From contig CAIPAI010000043.1 in NCBI GenBank assembly GCA_903863015.1, forward strand, positions 5,634 to 69,633: a stretch of DNA of 64,000 nucleotides, in the 5' to 3' direction. Origin of the DNA: an uncultured Actinomycetes bacterium. Its GTDB lineage: Bacteria > Actinomycetota > Actinomycetes > Nanopelagicales > Nanopelagicaceae. Each line of letters begins with the position of its first letter. Position 1 is the stretch's first letter. Position numbers and translations under genes: made by a program. The notes beneath the pieces are model-generated. The model was not told the origin of the DNA. It worked only from the letters and a program-made list of their open reading frames with translations, and made no database searches. Of this stretch, positions 46,038 through 55,758 are shown piece by piece.

Positions 46038-49000
46038 CTCCGCGCATCGTCACACCGTAGAGCGCATCGGCAATCTCCATGGTGCGCTTCTGGTGCGTAA
46101 TGATGATGAGTTGAGAAGAACTACGAAGTTCATCGAGAATGCCGATGAGACGACCAAGGTTGGTGTCATCGAGTGCGGCCTCTACTTCGTCGAGGACATA
46201 GAACGGACTAGGGCGCGCCTTGAAGATTGCGACCAAGAGCGCCACAGCAGTCAGCGAGCGCTCTCCACCAGAGAGCAGCGAGAGGCGCTTGATCTTCTTG
46301 CCGGGAGGACGAGCCTCTACTTCGATACCCGTGGTGAGCATGTCATCGGGGTTCGTGAGAACGAGACGACCTTCACCACCCGGGAAGAGACGAGCAAAAA
46401 CACCTTCGAATTCGCGTGCCGTATCAATGAATGCTTCGCGGAAGACAATCTCTACGCGCTCATCAACTTCACGGATGATTTCTAGGAGATCGCGGCGGGT
46501 GTTCTTCAGATCCTCAAGTTGCTCGCCAAGGAATTGTGCACGCTCTTCGAGAGCTGCGAACTCTTCGAGAGCGAGTGGGTTAACGCGTCCCAGAAGTGCA
46601 AGTGACTTCTCCGTAGCACGTAAACGCTTCTCTTGCTCTTCACGTACGTAGGCGACCACGGGACCGGGAACGAAATCGCCCGCCTCATTCTCAACGAATG
46701 TGGGCACTTCCTTCTCTGGGCCGTACTCATTTAAAAGGGTTTCGGCATCGACGCCGAGCTCTTCGAGAACTTTGCCCTCGAGTGCTTCAATGCGCAGGCG
46801 GTACTCAGCACGCGCTACTTCGTCGCGGTGAACGCTGGAAGTGAGTTGCTCGAGTTCAGAGGTAAGTTCACGTGCACGCAAGCGGACGGCGAGCAATTCA
46901 CCTTCGCGCTCAGTGCGTGATGCTTCTGCCTGACCGCGCTCACTCGCTGCCTGCGCAATTGAAATCTCAAGTGCCGACAGCGCCTCTTGGGCGAGCACAG
47001 TGACAGCACGCGCAGTAACCGCACCAATAGCACGGGCTTCGCGACGCTTTACCGCAGTGGCACGTGCATCGCGCTCTGCAGCAGCATTGCGTTCGAGTTG
47101 TTCGGCACGCTGTCCTGCAGAGTGTGCACGCTCCTCACCTGTGCGCAATGCAAGGCGAGCATCCATCTCACGCTGACGAGCAGCAGCTACCGCAGAACGG
47201 AAAGTTTCGAGAGTGGCCACGTCGGGTTCGTTATCTGTGGGCTCAGATTCAGCTTGGGAAAGTCGTGTTTCGAGTTCAGCAAGACCAGCAAGATCACGCT
47301 CACGAGCATTCAGCGCCTCGTTAATAGCTTGATCGATGCGAGTGGCTTCGGCATTGGCGCTACGTACTGCTTGGCCGGCGAGACTCATCTGCTCTGCGAG
47401 TGCAGCCATTCGGGCATCGGATTCGTGCAGACGAGCCATCGCAGCATCTGAAACTTCTTGCGCGCGAACTAATGATTCGCTGGCCCCGGCTAATTCGAAA
47501 CGAATCCGGTCGGAGCGATGAATCGCCTCTTCAAGAAGAGCGGTGGTCTCATCGATAGCGGCTTTGACTTCGATGAGGCTAGCGCGCTTGCTCGAACCGC
47601 CTCGTGCGATGACCGGACCAATCACATCGCCTGTACGGGTGACCGCAATCAAGCGATCATCAGTGCGTCGTACTGCAGAAATGAGATCAAGACTCTCGAC
47701 TAATACCGTGCGCTCCAGCAACGCTTCTAGTGTCGCCGAGATATCTGCCGACGAACGAATGACATCTACTGCATATACGGCACCTTGAGGAAGAGCTGGC
47801 CACGATGAACGAGGAGAAGAAGCGCGCCCACCGCCAACGATGAATGAAGCATTGCCGGCATCTGCATCTTTGAGGTGGCTGATTGCATTGCTGGCGGCAT
47901 CGCTATCGCTTACCGCGATCGAATCGGCAGCATTTCCCAAAGCGGCAGAAACTGCGGCTTGCCAACCGGGCTCAACCACTACCAAGTTTGCAATTGAACC
48001 GAGCACTCCGCGAAGTTGTGCACCCAAAAGAACGGCGCTGCCATCTTTTTGCGTAGCGCTCATGCGAAGGGCTTCTAGTCTGGCCTCATGAGTTGAACGA
48101 TCGCGATCTGCGCGACGCTCCTCTTCCTTTAGGTTGTCTACCTTGGCTTGCGCTTCGACTAATGCTGATTGGGCGGACTCGTACTCTGCATCCAGGCTCT
48201 CTTCACCTTGATCGATGCCAGCAACTTGAGACTCGAGCACAGAGAATTCTTGTTGAGCATTACGGGCTCGCGAAAGCGCCTCATCCTTTGTTGCAGTAAG
48301 GCGGGCCACTTCTTCTTCGCTTGCAGACGAACGCGTTTTAAGCGCGCCCACTTCACCTCGGAGGCGAGCAAGCCCCTCGCGGCGATCGGCGGCAGCGCGA
48401 ACAGCGGCCGAAACCGTTGCTTCTTCGCGGCGCAATGCATCTTCACTTGATAAGCGAGCAGATTCGGCCTCGGCTAATTCATCGCTATGGGCCTGAGTAG
48501 TCGAAAGCAGATCTGCTTCTTCTGCACGCAGTTGTGCGGCTTCAGATTCCATCGCTTCTGGATCTCGCCCAGCAGCACGAGCTTCGTCGGCCTCTTCTGA
48601 AAGAAAGCGAGAACGTTCGGCAGCCAAATCTGCAGTGCCGCGAAAGCGCTCTTTCAAGCTTGTCAGTTTGTAATACGTCTCCTGCACGCGAGCGAGTAAC
48701 GGTGCGTCGGCAGCGGCAGCGGTATCTAGTTCTGTTTCACGTTCGTGTGTTTGCGCAAGCGCACCTTCGACGTCTGCTCGACGTTGGCGAAGCGCTGTTT
48801 CGTCGGCAACTTCTGCCTGCAACGTGGATCGCATCTGGATGAGGTCGTCGGCAAAGAGTCGCAACCGTGCATCGCGAAGGTCTGCTTGAATTGTGGCGGC
48901 TTTACGGGCAACTTCAGCTTGCTTACCCAATGGCTTAAGTTGACGACGAAGTTCCGCTACTAAATCTTGGATGCGAGTGAGGTTTGCTTGCATAGCCTCA

Positions 49001-49542
49001 AGCTTGCGAAGCGCCTTTTCCTTGCGCTTGCGGTGTTTAAGAACGCCGGCAGCTTCTTCAATAAATCCGCGGCGATCTTCGGGAGTTGCAGAAAGCACAG
49101 AGTCGAGTTGTCCCTGGCCGACAATGACGTGCATCTCACGACCGATGCCGGAGTCGCTCAATAATTCTTGAATGTCGAGCAAACGTGAACTCTCGCCGTT
49201 GATCGCGTACTCACTTGCACCATTTCGGAAGAGTGTGCGAGTAATTGTTACTTCAGAGAATTCAATGGGGAGCGCGCCATCACTGTTGTCGATGGTGAGC
49301 GAGACTTCAGCGCGACCAAGCGGCGCGCGTCCTGACGTTCCAGCGAAGATAACGTCTTCCATCTTGCCGCCGCGCAAACTCTTCGCGCCTTGCTCGCCCA
49401 TCACCCACGTAAGTGCGTCAACCACATTTGATTTACCGGAACCGTTTGGTCCGACAACAGCGGTGATACCTGGTTCAAAGCGAAGAGAGGTAGCCGAAGC
49501 GAAGGATTTGAACCCTTTGAGGGTCAAACTCTTCAGATACAC
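45979..49542 (-). CDS. smc: Chromosome partition protein Smc
   Basis: 1187 aa. N-terminal Walker A GPNGSGKSN, long coiled coils, a hinge, and a C-terminal LSGGE...LDEVEAALD. Confidence 0.96.
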   Translation of the reverse strand: MYLKSLTLKGFKSFASATSLRFEPGITAVVGPNGSGKSNVVDALTWVMGEQGAKSLRGGKMEDVIFAGTSGRAPLGRAEVSLTIDNSDGALPIEFSEVTITRTLFRNGASEYAINGESSRLLDIQELLSDSGIGREMHVIVGQGQLDSVLSATPEDRRGFIEEAAGVLKHRKRKEKALRKLEAMQANLTRIQDLVAELRRQLKPLGKQAEVARKAATIQADLRDARLRLFADDLIQMRSTLQAEVADETALRQRRADVEGALAQTHERETELDTAAAADAPLLARVQETYYKLTSLKERFRGTADLAAERSRFLSEEADEARAAGRDPEAMESEAAQLRAEEADLLSTTQAHSDELAEAESARLSSEDALRREEATVSAAVRAAADRREGLARLRGEVGALKTRSSASEEEVARLTATKDEALSRARNAQQEFSVLESQVAGIDQGEESLDAEYESAQSALVEAQAKVDNLKEEERRADRDRSTHEARLEALRMSATQKDGSAVLLGAQLRGVLGSIANLVVVEPGWQAAVSAALGNAADSIAVSDSDAASNAISHLKDADAGNASFIVGGGRASSPRSSWPALPQGAVYAVDVIRSSADISATLEALLERTVLVESLDLISAVRRTDDRLIAVTRTGDVIGPVIARGGSSKRASLIEVKAAIDETTALLEEAIHRSDRIRFELAGASESLVRAQEVSDAAMARLHESDARMAALAEQMSLAGQAVRSANAEATRIDQAINEALNARERDLAGLAELETRLSQAESEPTDNEPDVATLETFRSAVAAARQREMDARLALRTGEERAHSAGQRAEQLERNAAAERDARATAVKRREARAIGAVTARAVTVLAQEALSALEISIAQAASERGQAEASRTEREGELLAVRLRARELTSELEQLTSSVHRDEVARAEYRLRIEALEGKVLEELGVDAETLLNEYGPEKEVPTFVENEAGDFVPGPVVAYVREEQEKRLRATEKSLALLGRVNPLALEEFAALEERAQFLGEQLEDLKNTRRDLLEIIREVDERVEIVFREAFIDTAREFEGVFARLFPGGEGRLVLTNPDDMLTTGIEVEARPPGKKIKRLSLLSGGERSLTAVALLVAIFKARPSPFYVLDEVEAALDDTNLGRLIGILDELRSSSQLIIITHQKRTMEIADALYGVTMRGDGVTEVISQRLREVESESV

Positions 49543-49597
49543 AATGGCCCCCGGCTGTCATGCGGCAGGAACGGCCCTGCCTTGGCTCCTCAGAACC

Positions 49598-50440
49598 CTA
49601 TCGTGAGCGCGGGGCACGCTGACACCGGGGGCAGAAGTGGCTCCCGCGGTTCATAAACTCCTCCCGCTTAAGGAGGGCGCCGCAACGGGGGCAGGGCTCC
49701 CCGTGACGCTGGTAGACCTGGAGAGCGCGATCAAAGTAGCCGCTCTCCCCGTTCACATTCACATAGAGGGCGTCAAAGGAGGTGCCGCCGGCCGCGAGCG
49801 CGGCTGACATCACCTCTCGGGCTTGCTCCAGCACGAGGCGAGCCTGCACCTGGGTCAGCGAGCTCGCCCATCGCCTGGGATGGATGCCGGCCAGGAAGAG
49901 CGCCTCATCAGCGTAGATATTGCCCACCCCGCTGACCACGCGCTGATCGAGCAGGATGCGCTTTACTTCAGAATTCTTCGATCTCAGTTGCGCGATGGCG
50001 CCATTCATATCAAAGGCTGGGTCAAAAGGATCAAGGCCAATATGCGAAATAGAGGTGGGAACGCGGTCCGGGCCCGCCCACTCATCAATATGAAAGCCAC
50101 CAAAGGTGCGCTGATCAAGGAAGAGTAATTCTCCGTCGTCGAGAGTGAAGTGCACTCGTACATGAGGGTGGTGTAACTCCTCTTTTTCAACGCGAAATTG
50201 CCCGCTCATTCCAAGATGGGCGATGAGCGGAAAATCGGTGAGTTCAAACCAGAGATATTTTCCGCGGCGATGTACACCTTCTATGACTTGGTGCTTCAGG
50301 TGATCTTCGAAATCTCTTGCTCCGGGCTGATGGCGTCTTACTGCCCGCGGATGACGAACGTCAACATCAACAATCGTGCGCCCAAGGGTCCAATCAATTA
50401 ATCCTTGGCGCACGGTCTCCACTTCTGGCAACTCCGGCAT
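49598..50440 (-). CDS. mutM: Formamidopyrimidine-DNA glycosylase
   Basis: 280 aa. MPELPEVE at the N-terminus and a C-terminal zinc finger CPRCG...FCPRCQ. Confidence 0.93.
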   Translation of the reverse strand: MPELPEVETVRQGLIDWTLGRTIVDVDVRHPRAVRRHQPGARDFEDHLKHQVIEGVHRRGKYLWFELTDFPLIAHLGMSGQFRVEKEELHHPHVRVHFTLDDGELLFLDQRTFGGFHIDEWAGPDRVPTSISHIGLDPFDPAFDMNGAIAQLRSKNSEVKRILLDQRVVSGVGNIYADEALFLAGIHPRRWASSLTQVQARLVLEQAREVMSAALAAGGTSFDALYVNVNGESGYFDRALQVYQRHGEPCPRCGALLKREEFMNRGSHFCPRCQRAPRSR

Positions 50441-50449
50441 GAAGGAAAG

Positions 50450-51139
50450 TTACTTCGTCTCCTCGAGCGCCGCGAATGCAGCGGCGGCGGCCCGTTGCTC
50501 GGCTTCCTTCTTACTCTTTCCTTCGCCCGTGCCCAGCGCGTTCTTACCTATGGTGCACGTGGCAATGAAATGCTTGAGGTGATCAGGCCCGGATTCTTCT
50601 ACTGAATACTCGGGCAGGCCGCGCCCCAATTGTGCTGCAAGTTCTTGCAACGAAGTCTTCCAATCAAGACCCGCGCCGAGATTCTCGGCGGCTTCAATAG
50701 TGGGGGCCATGATTCGGCGTACAAATGTGACCGTCTTATCGAAACCTTGGTCTACATAGATGGCACCGATGAGAGCCTCTACGGAATCAGCCAGCATGGA
50801 ATTCTTTTCGCGCCCGCCAGTGACTTCTTCGCCTTTGCCAATCATGAGCGCTTCACCCAGGCCGAGGAAGCGACCGACTTCCGCGAGCGCCCGCATATTT
50901 ACAGTTGCTGCACGTAATTTGGCCAAACGCCCTTCGGGAAATTCTGGGAAGCGGTTGTAGAGCTCTTCGGTGACGATGATGCCAAGGACGCTGTCACCAA
51001 GAAACTCAAGGCGCTCATTAGTGGGTACGCCACCGTTCTCATACGCAAAGGAACGATGCGTCAGGGCTAAATCAAGAATTGCAGAGGAGAGAGGTAAACC
51101 AATGTGTGCGAGGAGTTTCTCGCGGGGCGAGAGTGCCAA
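50450..51139 (-). CDS. rnc: Ribonuclease III
   Basis: The RNase III signature [12 protein letters not shown] and a dsRBD C-terminus are present. The ORF-track start at 51184 overlaps rpmF. An in-frame TTG at 51139, 5 nt after the rpmF stop, gives [14 protein letters not shown]... Confidence 0.9.
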   Translation of the reverse strand: MALSPREKLLAHIGLPLSSAILDLALTHRSFAYENGGVPTNERLEFLGDSVLGIIVTEELYNRFPEFPEGRLAKLRAATVNMRALAEVGRFLGLGEALMIGKGEEVTGGREKNSMLADSVEALIGAIYVDQGFDKTVTFVRRIMAPTIEAAENLGAGLDWKTSLQELAAQLGRGLPEYSVEESGPDHLKHFIATCTIGKNALGTGEGKSKKEAEQRAAAAAFAALEETK

Positions 51140-51144
51140 GCGAC

Positions 51145-51318
51145 TTAGACGTCGAGTACTTGGCGACCGTTGTAGGTACCGCAAGTGCCACAGGCAACGT
51201 GCGGACGCTTCTTTTCACGGCAACGCTCGCAGAGCACAAGAGTAGTTGCGGTGGTCTTCCACTGGCTGCGGCGTGAGCGCGTATTAGAGCGCGACATCTT
51301 TCGCTTGGGAACCGGCAC
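51145..51318 (-). CDS. rpmF: 50S ribosomal protein L32
   Basis: This gene is not in the ORF track in the correct frame. My own translation from the GTG at 51318 gives (M)[56 protein letters not shown]. It has the canonical L32 N-terminus and a CxxC...CxxC zinc ribbon. Confidence 0.9.
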   Translation of the reverse strand: MPVPKRKMSRSNTRSRRSQWKTTATTLVLCERCREKKRPHVACGTCGTYNGRQVLDV

Positions 51319-51352
51319 GACATACTCCTTCAGGCGGACGTTCTGGGTTCTA

Positions 51353-51976
51353 CTAACCCGAAGAGGAAGTATCCCCCATCTCGGCGCTTCCCCCCAAATC
51401 GAGGCGGTTCTTCAGGTCAGCCCAACGGGGATCGATCACCTCGTGAGCGTGATCTGCCGGCAAATCCCGCCAAGGAAGGCCGCACTCCACGCAGAGGCCG
51501 GGACAGAGCGGATCGCAGAGCGGGGCAAACGGCAGCGCTAAGACAACTGCGTCGAGGAAGGGTGGCTCGAGGTCGAGGAGCTCACCGTCGAGCTTATAGA
51601 GCGCCTCGTCGGCCTCCATCTCCTCATCTTCTTCGCGATGCTTAGCGGCTTTCTTCGCCTTCTTGCCTCCCGAGGGGCGATCGTCATCGTCATAGAGGTA
51701 GAGCTCTTGGATGTAGAGATCGAGGTCCTCAACGACCGGATCCAGACAACGCGCACACTCACCTACTGCACTGGCTTCTACTGTTGCAGTGACGAGCACA
51801 CCCTCGATGACCGATTCCAAACGAAGGTCAATAAAAAGTTCAGCCCCTGCTGGGATACCGATGACTTCGATACCAATCGGGTATGGCGTAACTATTTCAA
51901 CCGTGGATTCGCGCATCTCACCTGGTCGTCTTATGAGTTCACGAGTATCAATTAGAAAAGGTGATGCTTTACTCAT
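51353..51976 (-). CDS. yceD: YceD/DUF177-family protein
   Basis: The ATG at 51976 ([14 protein letters not shown]...) overlaps the upstream stop (ATGAGTAA). CxxC motifs and an acidic insert are present. Its position upstream of rpmF is conserved. Confidence 0.85.
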   Translation of the reverse strand: MSKASPFLIDTRELIRRPGEMRESTVEIVTPYPIGIEVIGIPAGAELFIDLRLESVIEGVLVTATVEASAVGECARCLDPVVEDLDLYIQELYLYDDDDRPSGGKKAKKAAKHREEDEEMEADEALYKLDGELLDLEPPFLDAVVLALPFAPLCDPLCPGLCVECGLPWRDLPADHAHEVIDPRWADLKNRLDLGGSAEMGDTSSSG

Positions 51977-52484
51977 CGATGACAAGACCATCATTCTCTT
52001 TCTCACCAGCAAGGCGCGCACGCCCACGGGTAATGGCGTCCATCGTCTTTGTCAGGACAACTTCCAGAGTTGCTAATCGATTATCAACGTAAGTATCAGT
52101 TTCAAGTTTGATTGCTTCGGCATCTTCGTTTGCCATTTGAATAATTTCATCTGCTCGATCGCGAGCCGCGCTGACCACTGCAGTCTCTTCCACCATACGC
52201 GATGCTTCTTCGCGGGCATGAATGAGGAATTGTTCGGCTGAATAACGCCCTTCTTCAATAACAGCATCTTTTTGGGTGAGCACAGCCTTGGCTTGATCTA
52301 AGTCTTGTGGAAGTAGATCCCGGGCGGCAACTAAGAGATTGAGCAGATCGGCGCGATGCACGATTGCTGATGCAGAGAAAGGAACGCCTTTACCTTCTTG
52401 CACAAGAGCGATCGCTTCATCAATTGCAATCTGAACATCTACTACTTGAGGTGCTGCTTGAACTTCTCCGCCTTCGATCGACAT
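51969..52484 (-). CDS. Conserved actinobacterial coiled-coil protein, probably of the SepIVA/Rv2927c family
   Basis: 171 aa, predicted helical and coiled-coil, with the C-terminal motif DTYVDNRLATLE. It sits between coaD and yceD as in other actinobacteria. The family assignment rests on synteny and recollection, not on a search. Confidence 0.5.
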   Translation of the reverse strand: MSIEGGEVQAAPQVVDVQIAIDEAIALVQEGKGVPFSASAIVHRADLLNLLVAARDLLPQDLDQAKAVLTQKDAVIEEGRYSAEQFLIHAREEASRMVEETAVVSAARDRADEIIQMANEDAEAIKLETDTYVDNRLATLEVVLTKTMDAITRGRARLAGEKENDGLVIDE

Positions 52485-52486
52485 CT

Positions 52487-52966
52487 TTAGGCCTTCACTT
52501 TCTTAAGAAGTTGAGTGAGAACCGAGGAGGGCACGTAAGCGGAAACGTCACCACCATACGTAGCAATTTCCTTCACGAGAGATGAAGAGAGGTATGAATA
52601 CTGAGGCGACGTGGAGATGAAAACAGTTTCGACTCCGGCCAGTTGATGATTCATCTGGGACATCTGCAATTCGTATTCAAAGTCAGAGACGGCGCGTAAA
52701 CCCTTAACAATCGCTGGAATCTCATTCTTCTTGCAGAAATCCACCAGGAGTCCGTGCCAAGAGTCGACTCGAACGTTAGGGAACTTCTTGCAGACGTCTT
52801 GGATGAGTTCAATTCTCTCTTCGACGGTGAAGAGCGACTTCTTAGAGTGGTTAATCATGACCGCCACCACGACTTCGTCGTAGAGGGAGCTAGCCCGCTC
52901 AATAATGTCGAGGTGACCGTTGGTGATGGGGTCGAAGGACCCTGGGCAGACTGCGCTTCGCTTCAT
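52487..52966 (-). CDS. coaD: Phosphopantetheine adenylyltransferase
   Basis: 159 aa with the CPGSFDPITNGHLDI motif. Confidence 0.95.
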   Translation of the reverse strand: MKRSAVCPGSFDPITNGHLDIIERASSLYDEVVVAVMINHSKKSLFTVEERIELIQDVCKKFPNVRVDSWHGLLVDFCKKNEIPAIVKGLRAVSDFEYELQMSQMNHQLAGVETVFISTSPQYSYLSSSLVKEIATYGGDVSAYVPSSVLTQLLKKVKA

Positions 52967-52976
52967 AAGTGAGACG

Positions 52977-53537
52977 CTAGCAATCTTTGGAGGCGTAGCG
53001 CACTATCGCGAGCCCATAAGCGCGCTCGCGTTCTGCCAAATACCCCACTGGCCAGGCAAAAGATGGACTCTTCGACTCCCTTTCCACCGACACCAGCGCC
53101 CGGTCAGTTAAGAGCCCTTGGCTCAAAAGGAGCTCCAACACATGCTCTACTCGGTCGTTGGCGAGGGAATACGGCGGATCAATGAGCACGATGTCGTAAG
53201 GAGCAGGGGCCACTTCCTGGGTCAGCCACTTTTCAACGGCAAGAGCATGAACTTTGACTCCGGAAAGACCCACCTTCTCAATATTGGCCCGACAGACCGC
53301 CACTGCCTTGGCATCGTTTTCGATGAGATCCACTGACGTCGCCCCTCGAGATGCTGCCTCTAAACCCAGTGCACCGGTACCGGCATAGAGATCGAGGACT
53401 CGTAGATCGTGCAATTCGCCAAAGAGCGAACTAATGGTGGAGAAGACCCCTTCGCGCGCACGATCCGATGTAGGACGCGTAGCCCCTTGCGGTGCATCTA
53501 ATTTTCTGCCGCGAGCAGATCCGGCGATGATGCGCAT
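52977..53537 (-). CDS. rsmD: 16S rRNA (guanine966-N2)-methyltransferase
   Basis: 186 aa with MRIIAGSARGRKL, LDLYAGTGALGLEA and IDPPY. Confidence 0.9.
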   Translation of the reverse strand: MRIIAGSARGRKLDAPQGATRPTSDRAREGVFSTISSLFGELHDLRVLDLYAGTGALGLEAASRGATSVDLIENDAKAVAVCRANIEKVGLSGVKVHALAVEKWLTQEVAPAPYDIVLIDPPYSLANDRVEHVLELLLSQGLLTDRALVSVERESKSPSFAWPVGYLAERERAYGLAIVRYASKDC

Positions 53538-53539
53538 AT

Positions 53540-55756
53540 TTATCCCTTCTCCATAAACGAGACATGCTCTTCTGTCTCAAGTGCTGAAAGCGCGGCGACC
53601 AGATCACTTTCGTTCTTTAGTTCCGGGTCTGCTTCTAAGAGAGAGATGGCGGCAGCACGAGCGCTTTCGATAAGTGACTCATCGCGCAACACCCTCAACA
53701 ACCGCAAGTGTGATCTATTTCCACTCTGCGAAGTACCCAGCACATCACCTTCGCGGCGCTGTTCAAGGTCGATACGAGAGAGTTCAAAACCATCGAGAGT
53801 GGCAGCCACGGCGTCGAGACGTTCCCGTGAAGGCGTCCCCTCTTCAGCGTCTGAAATCAAAATACAAAGTCCAGGTGCACTTCCTCGACCGACGCGACCA
53901 CGAAGTTGATGCAATTGAGAGACACCAAAACGTTCCGCATCGAGCACGATCATGGTGGTGGCATTTGGCACATCCACACCGACCTCGATCACCGTCGTGG
54001 CAATGAGGACATCGAGATCTCCGCGCGCAAAATCTGACATCACGCGATCTTTCTCTTCACTCGCTAATCGACCATGCAGAATGCCAACTCGCACAGCGGA
54101 GAGCGGGCCTTGCATGAGTTGAGGAGCGATCTCTAGGAGTGCGATGGGTCTGCGCTTGCTCTCTGATTCTTCGCCGTCCGAACTCTCCGCCAACTCTCCA
54201 CTGGCCGCGTCATCGCTTGCTCCTTCGTCACCGATGCGTGGCACCACGACATACGCCTGGAAACCTTTTGCAACCTCTTCCACTACCCGCTGCCAGGCGC
54301 GTTCTACAAATGCCGGCTTTTCGAGTTGAGAGACCACGTGCGTAGTGATGGGCGAGCGACCTTTTGGCAACTCCGCAAGGATAGAGACATCAAGGTCTCC
54401 AAATACTGTCATTGCAACGGTGCGAGGAATCGGAGTTGCGGTCATCACGAGCAAATGAGGTTGTTCGCCTTTAGCCCGCAAGGCATCTCGTTGTTCAACG
54501 CCGAAGCGGTGTTGCTCGTCAACTACAACGAGCCCTAGCTCTGCGAAGGAAACATTCTCGGAAAGTAGTGCGTGCGTCCCAATAACAATGCCGGCTTCGC
54601 CACTAGCGATATCGAGCATGGTGGAACGCCTAGTCGCAGTATTCATCGATCCAGTTAACAAGACCACTTTGGTGGAGTGCGCAGCCCCGCCCAGCATATT
54701 CTTCATTGCTAAATCACCGAGCATGAGTGAGATCGACCTAAAGTGTTGTTGTGCCAAAACTTCGGTAGGCGCCAAGAGTGCACATTGGCCTCCCGCATCA
54801 ATCACCGCAAGCATTGCTCGCAAGGCAACTACCGTTTTACCCGAACCCACTTCTCCTTGAAGGAGACGATGCATGGGATGCGACCTACAAAGATCAGTTT
54901 CAATCTCTGCACTCACTTCTCGCTGTCCTTTAGTGAGATCAAACGGTAAGCGGGCGTCAAACTCTTCAAGGAGCCCGCCACCTCGCAGCGCACGAGGTTG
55001 CGACACAAGCGCGCGCAGTTGTGCACGTCGCTTCCCGAGCAATACCTGAAGCGTAAATGCTTCTTCAAAGGCGAGAGCTTCACGCGCCTTGGCCGCTTCG
55101 GCGCGTGTCTCGGGTTGGTGCACGCCTCGAATAGCGGCTGGCGCCGAAGGAAAACCTAACTCTTTTCGCACTTTGACCGGAATGACGTCGGGAACTTCAC
55201 CCAAAACTGTAAGTACCGTGTCTATGCACTGACCGATCTTCCATGATGGCAATTTTGCCGTTGCTGGATAGACCGGGACTAAAGCGCTTGCATATTCCCG
55301 AGCTTTGCTTTCAGCGGAATCAGAATCCGAAGCGTCTAAGAATTGATAATCTGGATGAGCAAGTTGTCGCTTACCTTTGTAAGTAGAGACCTTCCCAGCA
55401 AAGAGCGCTCGGCGCCCGACTCGAATCTCGCGTTCGCGCCACGCCTGATTGAAGAAGGTCATCGTGACCACCGATTGACCATCAGAGACGATGACTTCAA
55501 GCATGGAACCCTTTCGGGTTTTCCATTGTCGGTTCGTTACTTTAGATATTTCGCCAACAAGTGTGACTAACTCACCATCGACTAAACCATCGAGACTTGT
55601 GAGCTCACCGCGCTCGGCGTATCGGCGCGGGTAATGACGAATCAGATCCTCCACCGTGCGAAGGGCGAGCCCGCTCTCTAATACTTTCGCCGTTTTATCA
55701 CCCAAATACTTCTTGAGCGGTGCCTGAAACTGGGCCGTAAGTTCTGTATTACTCAC
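53540..55756 (-). CDS. recG: ATP-dependent DNA helicase RecG
   Basis: 738 aa with a wedge domain, helicase motifs GEVGSGKT and DEQHRFG, and the TRG-like motif QLRGRVGRG. Confidence 0.95.
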   Translation of the reverse strand: MSNTELTAQFQAPLKKYLGDKTAKVLESGLALRTVEDLIRHYPRRYAERGELTSLDGLVDGELVTLVGEISKVTNRQWKTRKGSMLEVIVSDGQSVVTMTFFNQAWREREIRVGRRALFAGKVSTYKGKRQLAHPDYQFLDASDSDSAESKAREYASALVPVYPATAKLPSWKIGQCIDTVLTVLGEVPDVIPVKVRKELGFPSAPAAIRGVHQPETRAEAAKAREALAFEEAFTLQVLLGKRRAQLRALVSQPRALRGGGLLEEFDARLPFDLTKGQREVSAEIETDLCRSHPMHRLLQGEVGSGKTVVALRAMLAVIDAGGQCALLAPTEVLAQQHFRSISLMLGDLAMKNMLGGAAHSTKVVLLTGSMNTATRRSTMLDIASGEAGIVIGTHALLSENVSFAELGLVVVDEQHRFGVEQRDALRAKGEQPHLLVMTATPIPRTVAMTVFGDLDVSILAELPKGRSPITTHVVSQLEKPAFVERAWQRVVEEVAKGFQAYVVVPRIGDEGASDDAASGELAESSDGEESESKRRPIALLEIAPQLMQGPLSAVRVGILHGRLASEEKDRVMSDFARGDLDVLIATTVIEVGVDVPNATTMIVLDAERFGVSQLHQLRGRVGRGSAPGLCILISDAEEGTPSRERLDAVAATLDGFELSRIDLEQRREGDVLGTSQSGNRSHLRLLRVLRDESLIESARAAAISLLEADPELKNESDLVAALSALETEEHVSFMEKG

Positions 55757-55758
55757 CT

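Noticed and set aside
51072-51323. An 83-aa ORF ([14 protein letters not shown]...) was listed by the ORF track over the rpmF locus.
   Set aside because: It is in the wrong frame. The adjacent frame, starting at the GTG at 51318, gives a textbook L32 sequence.
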